From positions 18,788,001 to 18,852,000 of the forward strand of contig CM052832.1 in assembly GCA_028534125.1 (NCBI GenBank): a stretch of 64,000 nucleotides of DNA, read 5' to 3'. Shown here piece after piece: positions 12,818 to 25,466 of the stretch. Below the pieces are notes generated by a model. It did not search any database, was not told where the DNA came from, and worked only from the letters and a program-made list of their open reading frames with translations. The position numbers were made by a program, and so were the translations under genes. The first letter of the stretch is position 1, and every line of letters begins with the position of its first letter. This stretch comes from Lama glama. Its lineage: Eukaryota.

Positions 12818-13414
12818 TGTGTGAGCCTGCTTGGGCTGCTATGACAAATACCTTAGACTGAGTAGCTTAAACAACAAATGTTTATTTCTCACAGTTTCAG
12901 AGACTGATAAGTCCAAGTTAAAGGTACCAGCCAATTTAGTTTTGGGGTTTTGTTTAATTTAAGTATAGTCGATTTTCAATGTTGTGTTAATTTCTGTACA
13001 GTATAAAGATTCAGTTGTACATATATGTGTATATATATATATAGTCCTTTTCATATTCTTTTTCATTATAGGCTATTACAAAGTACTGAATATAGTTGCC
13101 TGTGCCACATAGTAGGACCTTGTTGCTTATCTATTTTATATACAGTAGTGTGTATCTGCAAATACCAATTTCGTTCTTGATAAGAGCCCTCTTCCTGGTT
13201 TGCAGATGGATGGTTTCCTGCTGTTTCCACCCAGAGCAAAGAAAGAAAGAGCTAGCTATCTGGTCTCTTCTTATAAGGCACTAATCCCCATCATGAGATC
13301 TCCACCCTCATTACCTAATTACTTCTCAGGGGCTCCACCTCCAAATAACATCACATTGGGATTTAGGGCTTCAATGTGTGAATTTGGGGGAGCACAAACA
13401 TTTGGGCCATGGCA
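12818..13414 (-). mobile_element. MLT1A-like MaLR solo LTR, interrupted by an L1 3' end
   Basis: TG...CA termini; gggctgctatgacaaatacc, cttaaacaacaaatgtttatttctcacagt, gggcttcaatgtgtgaatttggggg; imperfect 5-bp flanks gacct/gactc. Confidence 0.85.
12942..13164 (-). mobile_element. 5'-truncated L1 3' end (cetartiodactyl-type)
   Basis: Antisense tail aagtatagtcgattttcaatgttgtgtt...gtaggaccttgttgcttatctattttatatacagtag; TSD ccaatttagtt (12931-12941) / ccaatttcgtt (13165-13175). Confidence 0.85.
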
Positions 13415-14056
13415 GACTCCCCATAAGGAAGTGTTCCTCTTGTCTTCCACATTAAGATCAGCGCATTTCCAGGAGGTAGGGTATCCAGGGGTGAGAGAAA
13501 CACAGTGCATGGCATAGTTCCAGGCCCCTGCAAATGGCTGATGAATGTTGTTATTTGCAAACACGGGCATGTGGGTTTCCCCAGCAGGGGAGGGAGGAAA
13601 TCCCCAGGAATAAGGAAGGAAGCTGAATTCCCCTTCAGTTAGTTGTTTCTATACTTACAGTAAAGCCTGCCATGAGTAAGTAGAGAAATACACATCTAAA
13701 GACGAAAACAATGCCATCGCCTGGCTAATAAATCCCCTGGAAATCTATAGTATCACTGTAACAGGAAGCTTCACTCCTATCACAGAACTTCAGCTCTTTC
13801 AACGAGGGTGGTCATCACCTTAAGGAACACTGGCCTCTCAACACTCTCCAGCCTTGTCTCCTGGAGCTCTAGAGAACCACACCAAATGCAATATCTATCA
13901 GCTTGTAGACATCAAGTCTGTTTCCAAACACCTGCAGACACATCACAGGTGTGATGCTACAATCACAACATGATTCATATGGGTCTGGGGGCCCCACACA
14001 CTTGAGACATTTTCTCCCACTTGCCCATCCACTCAAGGTCCTCTCCTTTTTTTTTT

Positions 14057-14556
14057 NNNNNNNNNNNNNNNNNNNNNNNNNNNNNNNNNNNNNNNNNNNN
14101 NNNNNNNNNNNNNNNNNNNNNNNNNNNNNNNNNNNNNNNNNNNNNNNNNNNNNNNNNNNNNNNNNNNNNNNNNNNNNNNNNNNNNNNNNNNNNNNNNNNN
14201 NNNNNNNNNNNNNNNNNNNNNNNNNNNNNNNNNNNNNNNNNNNNNNNNNNNNNNNNNNNNNNNNNNNNNNNNNNNNNNNNNNNNNNNNNNNNNNNNNNNN
14301 NNNNNNNNNNNNNNNNNNNNNNNNNNNNNNNNNNNNNNNNNNNNNNNNNNNNNNNNNNNNNNNNNNNNNNNNNNNNNNNNNNNNNNNNNNNNNNNNNNNN
14401 NNNNNNNNNNNNNNNNNNNNNNNNNNNNNNNNNNNNNNNNNNNNNNNNNNNNNNNNNNNNNNNNNNNNNNNNNNNNNNNNNNNNNNNNNNNNNNNNNNNN
14501 NNNNNNNNNNNNNNNNNNNNNNNNNNNNNNNNNNNNNNNNNNNNNNNNNNNNNNNN
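14057..14556. other. Assembly gap (500 N)
   Basis: Exactly 500 N, preceded by a T run. Confidence 0.99.
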
Positions 14557-14702
14557 AAAGGTGATATAATATTCTATTATCTAATCCCATATGTCATATT
14601 GTCTAGTATTATCTAGTTATTGTATCATCTAGTATTGTCAGGATTCTCATCTGTTGCTTATTAATTTCATGTCAATTCTGATTGATTTTCAAAAGTACGT
14701 CA

Positions 14703-14812
14703 ATACTAATGGCCAATGTGTATATACTATTTACTATGCACTGGACCTTAAGCATTGCTTATAGTAACTCATATGACCCTCGTAATGACCCTAGGGGGTG
14801 AGTACTTTTACT
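14703..14812 (-). mobile_element. MIR fragment
   Basis: tttactatgcactgg...aactcatatgaccctcgtaatgaccctag is the antisense MIR tail. Confidence 0.55.
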
Positions 14813-15699
14813 TCTCCAATGCCTCTGGGAGTTCTCATTTGTTTTTGTTTTAAAATTCCTACTCCTAAACTTTATCAGCAAAGTTCAGGTAACAATAAAG
14901 ATCAGAGGAATCACAAAATAAATTCTATGTCTTTCTATCAGACCACCTTATTTTGTACTGTAAATGATTGATATGATTGGTAAAATACTGAAGTGTATTA
15001 ATTCTTGGGCTATTTGCCCACAAGCAATGTCCAAGGGTAATGTCACCCCTCAGTGTGTGTGACACACACCCAGCAGATACAACCAGGCATGGAGTTACCC
15101 ATACTTGGGAGAGTAGGAACTCAAACTAGAACAAGCCCCATGGACAACTTGTAATCCAATTTTTTATATGAAGTATTAATCTCATCACCTTCTTTACCAA
15201 ATCTAACAAATGGCAAGTCAGACTGAAGTTTCACTCTCTTCCCACCTCCCCACTCTCTAGCAGAGGTGCTAGCGAGCAGGAAAATGAGAGTCTACGGCCC
15301 AGGATAAACTAGACTAGAATAACCAGTCTTTGAAACCTCAAGAGCTGACTTATTAAAACTTCACTAATTGGCACCACAGAAGAGGCTTAAAACCAAGATA
15401 AACTATCACAAATCAATTTATTCCTTTAAAAAACAAGCCTATATTCCAAGGTTTGTCCTGATCACGAATCGAAACCTCTGCAATTTACTTGGTATTAATA
15501 ACTTCCAGAAGTCTTATTACTATTTCTTTTGTTCTCTTATTCCAAGGGCCTAGAACAGAGCAGAGCAGACAGCAGGTGCTCGATAAATGTTTACATAATG
15601 AAACGTATGAATGAAGAGTTCAGGTGCCTCAGCATTCCCTGGGTTTCCAGCCCTTGGTCCCTGAAAACTACACTGCACAAAAATACCAGAGGGACTTTT

Positions 15700-16090
15700 C
15701 CAGAACACAAATAGATCTATGTTGCTCCACCGCCTGGATCCCCGTCACAGACCTCCCCACACCTCATCAGCAAGCTGAACAGACCCAGCTCTGTCACAGA
15801 GCAACTGTGTTCCATCTCCAGCCCGTGAAATTCCCCATGGGGTCCTCTCCTCCCTTCCATCCACCGGATGCCTAGCTGACTGTGTTCTCCTGAAAGGCTG
15901 CACATATCTTTATCCCTGCACTTACTGGTTCAATGTTACCATCCCAGTATCCCACTGCCCCCCGAGCCTAGGAGCTCTCTAAGGGAAGATTATCTTAGCA
16001 ATCACTATATCCCCCAGCATCTGGCAAAGTATTCAAAACACAGTAGGTATCAATAAATGTTTACTAGGTACTTGGCTGGATGAATGGAAG
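15700..16090 (+). mobile_element. L2 3' fragment
   Basis: Ends with atcactatatcccccagcatctggcaaagtattcaaaacacagtaggtatcaataaatgttt, an L2 terminus. Confidence 0.6.
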
Positions 16091-18552
16091 GACAAAATCA
16101 AACAGGATTACATCTTTCCATAAAAATCGCAGGCAGCCATGCTTTTGAGGATGACGATTTCAGACTTGCCAAGAGGGAAAGAAAATAACCATGAATGGAT
16201 TATGTAATAACATACTCCCCATCAGCAGCAGTGATTACAGAATGGATACTCATCACGGAAGGCAGTACTTGCTGGGACTTTCACTTAATTTCTCATGGCA
16301 ATGACTAATGGACAACCCTAAGAAATGAGAGATGAAGTGATAGCTACACATTTATGGGTTCCCTGCTCCAGAGGTACCATTCTGAAAGCCACTTTACAAG
16401 TAGAAATGATTTTCACCCAATCCTTTTGCTAAGGAAAAACTAGCCAATGTCCTCGCTGTGCCAGGCAGACTTCCACTCAGGTGTGGAGGGGGCGGGGCTG
16501 GCTCATGGCAGCCTCAACCACCACCCAAAGCAATCCTACACTCCTATAGATGAGAAAGCTATCAGAAACCTAACTACCAGGTGTGCACCGGGCTGGCATT
16601 GCAGAATTTAGTGAGTTCTGATTTAGCTTTAGCTAGAATCCAAACACTGCCCCCAAGTTTTTGGTTTCTCTTAATTGAGGCGTCACCTTTGGCACAGGTG
16701 CTGAGTGCTGCTGGACCCAGGGGGACATGAGCGTCACCACTGGAAAAACCGACAAAAGACAAGAGCGTTTGTTTTTGCTACATCTAAGCTGTGCTAGGGA
16801 AGGTCCCACCATGTCATCTGCCCTTCAGGCTTTGCCCCCAGATAGAGCACTGGGACAATCAGCCTTCACTTCTTGAAAACAAACATTCCAAAATCCTGTA
16901 TCTCTAAAACAGAAAATAGATGGGCGGTACATGGTACTATTCTATTTTTCCAGGTATTTAAAACTTCCCATCATAATTTTTCTCAAGAAATTTTCCATAG
17001 TAAGTTTTTAAATATATAAGCCATAGTTTTCTATCTCAGGACTTTAATTCCAAGGTAATCCAGACAGAAAAAAGTAAGCGATTCGCTTATTGAAGGGAAA
17101 AATATCAAAATACTAACAACAATAGATTTAAACCTAGATTTCATCCCACCTGGAATAGAGTGATTCAATTCATGCCACCAGAAGCAGAGAAGATCACACT
17201 CTTCTCTATCGATTGTTATATATTTGTGGAAATTGTTTGTGCCTTTGAAATACATTATTTGTGTTTTCCATTTCTAAAATACTTTAGATAGGCATGCTGC
17301 TTTTCTTCTACATCTATATATGTTTAAAGCCTTACACAGACATTCCTTGGCATCCTTAAATGCCACAGTCTGAGCCCAGCTTATTCCCAGCACCTGACCC
17401 TTCATGACCCCAAAGAGACAAAGTAGAATTGCCCTCTACTTCAAAGCAAGCCACTATTTCACCAAAACAAACAATGGCCTTTACTCTGCTTTTTAGGGGA
17501 ATATATAAATGGCTGCCACTGATAAATTTTTATATTCACTCCATTGTATTTTCACCACTGACATACTCTGCCAACTGTATTTGTCAAAATGTATCTATTT
17601 CTTTTTTTTTTTCTTTAATTTTCTTCCCTCAACCCCAAGTGCTTCCTCTCACCTCATGAAATCTACTAAGGTAGTTCCCTGGGATTTTTTTTTAATTATG
17701 TAAAGTAGAAAGAGATGAAAGCCGCCTTTCTTCCAAAGCCTTTTCCAAAGTCACCTGAGCCCAGGTCTTTCTCATCTTAAAGCCACGTCTGCTCCCTCTT
17801 TCCACCTGCCTCTTGCATTTTGTCGATGAAACAAACAACCCCTCAAAAGCCACACCTTCCCATGCCATTCCCCTACTTAGAGAACAACCTTCCCTCCCTC
17901 CTCTACTCCATCTCATGTCAATTTCAGGTCCCTGTCCAATCTCGAAGTGCTCCACGGGCCCCTCACTTGGGGTCTGAGAACTCCATATCCCACACCCACT
18001 TGGACTTTGGAGCCTTCTCCTCGTGAACTGCTCAACAACTCCACCCAGTCTGCAAAGGCCAGAATGGCTCAGGTCCAAAGAACACTCTGGGAAGGCGACC
18101 AGAGACAGGACAATTTTTTTTATACCTGTGTATTTCGTCACTATTAGAATATTACCCTCTGCAATCTGGCAGGGGGCTGGTCTGTATCTTGGTAAGGAAA
18201 GCTGACAGAAATTCAAAACATGAATTAAGTTGACTGAGTAAAAACTACAAAGAGCAGGAAAATACATAACCTCTTGAATCATCACGATTGAGAGTTCTGG
18301 CGACTCAGTTACTAAAATAAACATTTTCACCACTCGTAAATTCTTTGAGCAGGCTTTCCCTAACAATACACAAATAAAGAGAAACAAAAATACAAGAGTC
18401 CCAAATGGATATACAGTAGAGAGAGAAAAGACATGTTCCCCTAACAAGTCTCTTTCATGATGCTGGTTCCTTGGTATGTTGAGCCATACATATCCATATC
18501 CACGTATCCACGAGGTCCAAGGCACAGGGCCCACATTTGGCAACAATGTTGC

Positions 18553-18672
18553 ACTGTCTAGACTGTGGCTCCCTCAAGGAAAGGTTTGTGCCTAAACTAT
18601 TTGTGAATTTCCAATGACCTACACAGTGCCTGGTACAAAGAAAATACTCATATAAAAATGTTGTTTAATAAA
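18553..18672 (+). mobile_element. L2 3' terminus
   Basis: ctagactgtggctccctcaagg...acctacacagtgcctggtacaaag. Confidence 0.65.
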
Positions 18673-18889
18673 GAAAGGCTTGTTTTGAACCTTAGACTTT
18701 TGATTAAAAAAAAAACTATAGAGGAAGATGTTTGGGGTTTATTTACAAACTCATTATTAAACATCAAGTTTAATCCAAACAATAGGATTCAAGTTTTGGC
18801 AGAGTTCATTATCTGGAAATGGTTGTGACTTACCTAATTTTAATTTTCCACTTAACTTCTCAATCCAACAAAATCTCTTTCTTTCAGGG

Positions 18890-19106
18890 CAGGGTTAGCA
18901 GACTGCTTCAAAGAGCCAAATCTGGCCCATTATCTATTTTTGTAAATAAAGTTTTATTGCAAATCAGCCACATCCATCTATTTATCTCTTACCCATAGCG
19001 GCTTTCGCACAATAAAGGCAGAGTTGAGTTTTGCCACAGAAAATTGACTTGTAAACCTAAAATATTTGCTATCTGACCCCTTTATAGGAAAAGTTTGCTG
19101 AACCTG
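18890..19106 (+). mobile_element. MER58A hAT-Charlie MITE
   Basis: cagggttagcagact...gccaaatctggccc...tttttgtaaataaagttttattg...ggcagagttgagt...cctaaaatatttgctatctg...aaaagtttgctgaacctg; terminal inverted repeats (TIRs) visible. Confidence 0.9.
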
Positions 19107-19939
19107 CTTTACAGCATCATGTAATACTTAATATCTAATAAAATGTGGGGTTTTTTTTAAATAACTTGGAAGATTTATTGAGCTAAAGTTATGTTAATCG
19201 AATATGCTGTTTACTTCTGGTCATTATGGGTTTTTTATATCCTCAAAATTGAAATCTACCAAAGACATGCCTTAAAAAAAAAAAAAAAGAAGCCTAATGA
19301 TAAGAAAAATATTTTGCCACCTAATTTATGCCACAACACACTTAATGCTTTTGAGAGCCCTTCAAGAGTGGAATACATTCCATAGAGGTAAGAAGGTGGG
19401 AGGAGGACTGCACAGAGAAGTTAAAAAGAAATTTAAAGCTACATAAATTGAATCAGGGTCCAAGACCACACGACATCTTGATCTCTCCACATATTGCAAA
19501 TGCGGCATTTAAGAAAAAGAGGTCTGAGTAATATTAAAGAAGAGAAGAGAAAAAAAATGGCAGAGAGCACAAGGGAGTGTTTTGGTTGGGTAAATTGGCT
19601 TAACCAGGCTAAAAGGCTATCAGGCTATCACAGAAAAGTGCCTTTAGGGGAGTATGCAATCCCAGCCCTATGTAGGCGACCTGCAGTGAAGACAAGATGA
19701 AGAGAATAGAGGCATTTCACCCTGGCCTGTACCCACCACACCAGACAGTTCACTCCACCTGGCTTTCTGTCTGGAAAGAAGGCAAGCCCTGGAGCCCCTC
19801 AGGCCCCACCGCCTTCCTATTCAGCCTCAGTGCAAAAGGGTCTCCTGCCAGCTGGGAGGTCTCACCCTCCTCCGAAAGAAACTTGTTTATTCCTACCAAG
19901 CCCACCTTCATCCCTCTTCCATCTAAATTCCACCCATCT

Positions 19940-20078
19940 GGTGGGGGAAGGTGTAGCTTAAGTGACAGAGCACATGCCTAGCATGGGCTGGGTTCAATCC
20001 CCAGTACCTCCATTAAATAAACAAACAAACAAACAAACCTAATTAACTCCAACCGCCACCCCTCCCCCCCAAAAAAGG
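19940..20078 (+). mobile_element. Camelid tRNA-Ala-derived SINE (vic-1-like)
   Basis: A-box tagcttaagtga, B-box ggttcaatccc, (AAAC)n tail; perfect 15-bp TSD aaattccacccatct (19925-19939 / 20079-20093). Confidence 0.9.
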
Positions 20079-20351
20079 AAATTCCACCCATCTTTCATGG
20101 TCCCATTCAAAATCCCAACCAATGCACCTGAAACACTCAAAGGGACCCACTCACAAGGACAATGGTGCCCCTGGAGTTGTGCAACATGGTGGCCCCAATC
20201 CCCAGCTCCTCCATAAATTCTCTCCCATCCACATCACAGCACTGATATTTCCTCTCTTTCCTAAAACTCTCCATGTGTCTTATGTCCCCAGTGGGCTCTA
20301 AGTTTCTAGAAGGCAGAACATGCATTGTATGTTCTGTCCATGCAGAAATCA

Positions 20352-20597
20352 ATAATGACACTAACAACAAATAGTACTTAGGGAGTCAAGCCCTGTGCTA
20401 AATGCTTTGTGTCCATCATCTTGGTTAATTCTCAAAATAATCCTATGGGTCAGCATCACCACCATTTTCCAGTTTTCCAGATAAGGAAGCTGAGATTAAA
20501 ATGTTAAATTCACCAGAGGCCATACAGCTTGAAAGCGACTAAACCAGGATTCCGACTGGAGTCTGGGTGATTCCAAGTCCTGTGTCCTTAAATTACA
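20352..20597 (-). mobile_element. MIR, near full length
   Basis: ctgtgctaaatgcttt...ttaattctcaaaataatcctatg...ttttccagataaggaagctgag...gattccaagtcctgtgtccttaa. Confidence 0.8.
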
Positions 20598-23102
20598 CTC
20601 TAATTTTGACCCAGAGGGTACTCAACAAAACCTGCTTCATGAACCTAAAATCTGCTTCAACACTTTGCTGGCCCTTCTAGAACCCTGGAACAGTGGTCAA
20701 AATGAAGGGTCTCCTCTCCTTTACCTTCCCCCTCCTACCCTCTGTAAGAAGGGGGATGAAGTCAATTGAAAGCAGCCCACTCCCATTCTGAAATGGAAAT
20801 TCCATACTTACAAAAACATTAAGAAGGTCCCTGGGGGAGCTGCTTTCAAGTGTGTCGTTATATGCATAATGTAATTATATGGATACATACTTTATCATTG
20901 TTTCCTAATGAGGTTGGCAATGAGCAGGAAATTTGGCATTTGATTCTTAGTTTAATGTGCTTGTTTTTCTGCTTACTGTAACAGCTTGCTGGGGGAGCAC
21001 TGGAGAGAGAGTCTGCTAAGCTTTAAGAGAGGCAGCAAGGTAAAAACAGCTCCCTTTGGACGTTCCCCATGTGGAAAAAGGCCAAGACTGGAACCGCCGT
21101 CAGGACAAGGCGTATCCAAGGTAAGCAGCATCCTTCAAAGATGGCGAAAACCTTGATTGCAACCTTCCTACCTTCCAGGAAGATTCTGAGCTTTCAAAAC
21201 AAGGGGGTGAGTGGGAGGAGGGAGCCACCGCTGCTGAATCTGAAAGCACCTTTCAGTGTTCTTGCAAGAGTTTCCACATCCAGGGGGAGAAGCAACATCT
21301 CCCGTACAAAGCAGGCACCGCAGAGGCAGCAGAGCCCCAGGCTGGGGCCCCGGCCAAGGAAAGCTCTCCCGGTGAAAGCAGCTACTGTCAGCCTAAGACC
21401 TGGCCCCTCTGAGGGTGGGAAGTCAGCAGCTTATTGGGGAATTCGCCACCTGGAAGCAAAGCAAGTGAGGAAGTGGTGAGTGAGAGATGGCAGATGGGAT
21501 GGGGTGAGGGTGGGGGCAGAAGCTACACCCAGACAGCTGTGGTGTCAGAAAACGGCAGCAGCCAAGCGGTGTGGAAACCGGAGTCTTAGCATCGGGGTCA
21601 CTGAGAAGCAGCTGCCGTCATTTCTGAAATCACTTAATCAAAGTACGGCATTACATTCAACTGTTAAGGTAGACTTTACATAAGGATGATCCACAGGTTG
21701 GGAATAAAACTAAAACCCAAGACACTAAGCCTTGCTCTAGTGGTGTCAATGCCCGGGGCCGTGCTTATGAGTAAAATCAGGTTATAATGAGCTTTCCCAT
21801 CTGGGACTTCCAACAAGTGGTCCCCAGAACAGGGTCCAAGACAGACCCACCCAATATTTAAATCCAGTCTTCAAAGAAGGCCCTGTATGGACACCAGACT
21901 TAGTCATTTGAGCCAAAGAGACTCCTAAAAATTCAGAGCAGCCTGGCTCCTTGAACTCTTACATTATTGCAAAAAAAGAAAGAATGTATACTCTCATCAT
22001 GTAAGGGTTTCTAAAACTCAGCTAAAATAACTGGCAAATAGGACCACATGAACTTTTCCTTGCTAAAATGAAAAATAAATAAATAAACCCTCCTAAAAGA
22101 ATGCTTCACTATAATTCCTTACTATTAACCAGTAACTGTACCATTCTGTATGACAGACGGGTCCATACAATGTATTTTGGCTGATTCAAAGTTTGGATCA
22201 AAACATGAGTCTGGGAAAAGGGACCGTGATATTCATATATATGTGAAGAAAGGCTGCAGGCAAGCAAAAGGCTCATTAATTCCACATTTAGACATTTCAA
22301 CTGTTTCTGAAGGGCAGACAGAGCACTTAGGAGTGAGAACTGTGGGATTTAAACATTTTAAGTAGGAAGATGTGCAGATTATCAGATAGTTCTCCTGTTC
22401 TTGATTCTACCACATCATTTTGCACATCTGGTGTTCCGTGAGATTCTCAAGTCATGTCTGTTTTGTCTCCCACATTGACTGCCCACCTTTGGTTTCCTTT
22501 GGAAACACTGATCTGTAGACAGCTGGTGCTTATTAGGTGCTGTCTGCTCAATGAATTCGAAGAGTGATGGACTGAGCTCATTTAACCCAAATGGCTTTAT
22601 AATTCCGTCTCAACCTTCTCTCTGCAGCCGCCTACTTTTGCTAGACAGGGTAATGGAAATTATTTCAAGAAATGGGAAAAATGTGATTTAAGGAACTCCA
22701 CTGAGCTTATTTCCCTTGGGGACAAGGACACAGCTAGCTGACTATGCTTGGAAATTAATTAAGTGGTGTCTGACCTCTGTTAGTTATTTAAATTTGGCAA
22801 TAACTTGACTAACAAAACAGAAGGTGTTCAGTCAGCTCGAGTGAACATCAGGATGCCCTGCTTTCGGCAGAGCCAATGGTTGAACTCACTGCACTTCCCT
22901 CACGGCTGTCCTCACAATTTTCTTTAATGTTCGGCTGACATAGAAAAGTCTGAATCCAGTACACCAAAGGTGCTTTGGGGGCGTCTGTGGATAATGAAGG
23001 GAAGTGTGAGATGTGGGGGCCTGTCTCAAAAAATGAATAATTTTCATGCTGCGGTAATACTCTCCCTTAACTCTTCCCTCTCCAAGCTTTCTCCTCCTGG
23101 CA

Positions 23103-23676
23103 TTTTTTTTTAATTGAACTCTAGTTGACTTTAATATTATATTAGTTTCAGATGCACAACATAGTAATTCAAATACTTTGTAGATTATACTATACAAAGT
23201 TACCATAAAATGCTGACTATATTCCCTATATATGTATAGACATGACATCCTTGTGACTTATTTCATACCTAGTAGTCTGTCCCTCTTAATTCATCCCCAG
23301 CCTCTATCTTGCCCCTCTCCCCATCCCTCTTCCCTCTGGTAACCACTAGTTTGTATCTGTGAGTCTGCTTCTGTTTTGTTATAATTGTTTTGTTTCTCAG
23401 ACTCCACATATAAGTGAAAATATTCAGTATTTGTCTTTCTCTACCTTTTATATTTCACCGAGGGTTTAACCCTCCATTTCCATCCATGTTTTCACAAATG
23501 GCAAAATTTTCACTCTTTTTATGGCTGACTATCACTCTGTTGTGTATATATACTACACCCTCTTTATCCATTCATCTGTTGATGGACATTTTAGGTTGCT
23601 TCCATAGCTTGGCAACGGTAATAACACTGCTATGAACATTGGGGTATGGGTATCTTTTTGAATTAGTGCTTGTATT
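23103..23676 (-). mobile_element. 5'-truncated L1 (3'UTR plus ORF2 C-terminal end, L1MA-like)
   Basis: Poly-T, then ctctggtaaccactagtt, ctccacatataagtga, ctttatccattcatctgttgatggacattttaggttgcttcca; imperfect TSD ctcctggcatt / ctcacggcatt. Confidence 0.9.
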
Positions 23677-24589
23677 TTCTCACGGCATTCTTAACTCACA
23701 TAGGACCAAGTGAAATGCTCACACAGCCACAACACAAAGAGCTGGAAATGCTGCAGGCACTGGTGGGAGGGGGGGTGCTAGTCCTCCCCTACGAGGCCTT
23801 TTCCAGGCACAGTACATCCCTCTTCCTGCTCCCCACGGCTGCCACACCCCAAACTGCTCCCCAAACCACTAAAATAGTCCCAGGGCGGCCAGACCTTCAT
23901 CTGGCCCAGCAGCTTCCAATCCCACCCTACCCTGCAGTACTGTTGTACAGACAGCATTGTATTTTTTCAACCGGAGTATCTATTACCTAAAGTATCCCTA
24001 GAGCAATATTTGTTTCTCTTTCCATTCCCAGCAGTAAGAGAAACAGCCCCCCAAAGAAACACTGAAACCAAAAGTTTACTTCCATCACAGATCCTCCTCC
24101 AAATGCTCTGCAGCACTAGACCACATCCTCCAAATCAAAACAGTGGCACAAGCTTCCAGAATGGATGAGGGAAGAAATCAATTTTCACAGTAGCGGCCAA
24201 CTCACATGTTTGCAAAATTGAAGAGTGTTAACTCACCAAATACATGTCGGCGTGCTAATGTGACTAATTACACAGGTGGATGTGCAAACACTGAACTCAT
24301 GCTTCAATTTGGCAGAAGGATAAACACTTCCAGGATAGTTTGCAAGGTTCAATTACCTAGATCTGCTGGTTAATTTCCTTTTCATCTGAAAAAGCTCCCC
24401 CAAAGTCAATCATTTTCTCAACAGAACAGTCACAGCAAGAAACATGTTCTACATAGGCAGGAAAAGTATACACTTGTACTAAACTGACTCAACATTTTTA
24501 AATGAGCATCTTACCAAGAGCTGACCTGTGCAGACATGATTATTCTATTGTATCCTACAACTTAATTCAAACAAATCTTTACTCTTGAA

Positions 24590-25000
24590 AACGTTTCTTT
24601 ATTTGAATAATATCTATTATCTAACATGCGCCAGGCACTATTCTAAGGTGCTGGGATACAGCAATGAATGAAGTAGACAAAGATTGGGAGGCTCACATTT
24701 TACCATGGGGGAAAACAGTATAGTCCCATAAATCAGACACAGGGCATGTTAGATGTTGATCAAAATGTGATGGAGGAAAATAAAGCGAGTAAGGAGAATT
24801 GGTGGAGGGGTGGTATTATGATTGTAAATATCAGGGAAGTCTACAGGGAAAAGAGAACACTGTTCAGGGACCTGATGAAAGTTGAGGGAAGGAGCCGAGC
24901 CACCTGGAATCTTGGGAAAGAGCTTTCCAGGCAGAGGGAACAGTGAGTTCAAAGACCCTGAAAGAGAAGCATGTCTGGTGGGTTCAAGGATCAACAAAAA
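24590..25000 (-). mobile_element. L2 3' fragment
   Basis: gccaggcactattctaaggtgctgggatacagcaatgaa...ttccaggcagagggaacagtgagttcaaagaccctga. Confidence 0.85.
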
Positions 25001-25339
25001 TCTACATTAGACTAACTGTTTCATACTCTTGTTAAAGACCACATCCCACATAGAAATTTCAAAAGGCTTCATTGTTTCCACTTCTGGAGTTTTCTCTTAA
25101 ATAGACAGCATCTGACATGACTGTGATTCATAGAAATATATGTTTTGCTTTCCCACCATCCTTATGTGCACTGACAGCTTCCTGTTTGCAGTGAGTTAAT
25201 TCCCAAGGGCTCTGGGAGTATGTTTAGCACCACAGCAACCAAAGCCAGCAGGCCAAGTACAGACAACACTTAGATACACTGTAAGTCAAAGATGCCTATA
25301 TATGGGTTCAAGCAATGGTGTACAAGAATATCTACCTTG

Positions 25340-25466
25340 TGGGGAGGGATATAACTCAGTGGTAGAGCGCATGCTTAGCATGCATGGCATCCCGGGTTCA
25401 ATCCCAAGTACCTCCATTAAAAAAATTTAATTAAAACATCAAAAAATAAATTAAAAATAAATAGTC
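25340..25466 (+). mobile_element. Camelid tRNA-Ala-derived SINE (vic-1-like)
   Basis: taactcagtggtagagcgcatgcttagcatgcatg...ccgggttcaatccc plus A-rich tail; TSD core tctaccttg (25331-25339 / 25467-25475). Confidence 0.9.

Noticed and set aside
13951..14616. ORFs of 182-221 aa in the ORF track
   Set aside because: Artefacts of translating through the 500-N gap.
17074..17088. Palindrome taagcga-t-tcgctta
   Set aside because: A 7-bp stem is expected by chance at this window size.
23414..23635. 73-aa plus-strand ORF
   Set aside because: Antisense reading of an L1 3' end.
25340..25417. Possible genuine tRNA-Ala(AGC) gene
   Set aside because: It has an A-rich tail and TSD, no oligo-T terminator and an altered acceptor stem, and five similar dispersed copies exist. 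It is a SINE.
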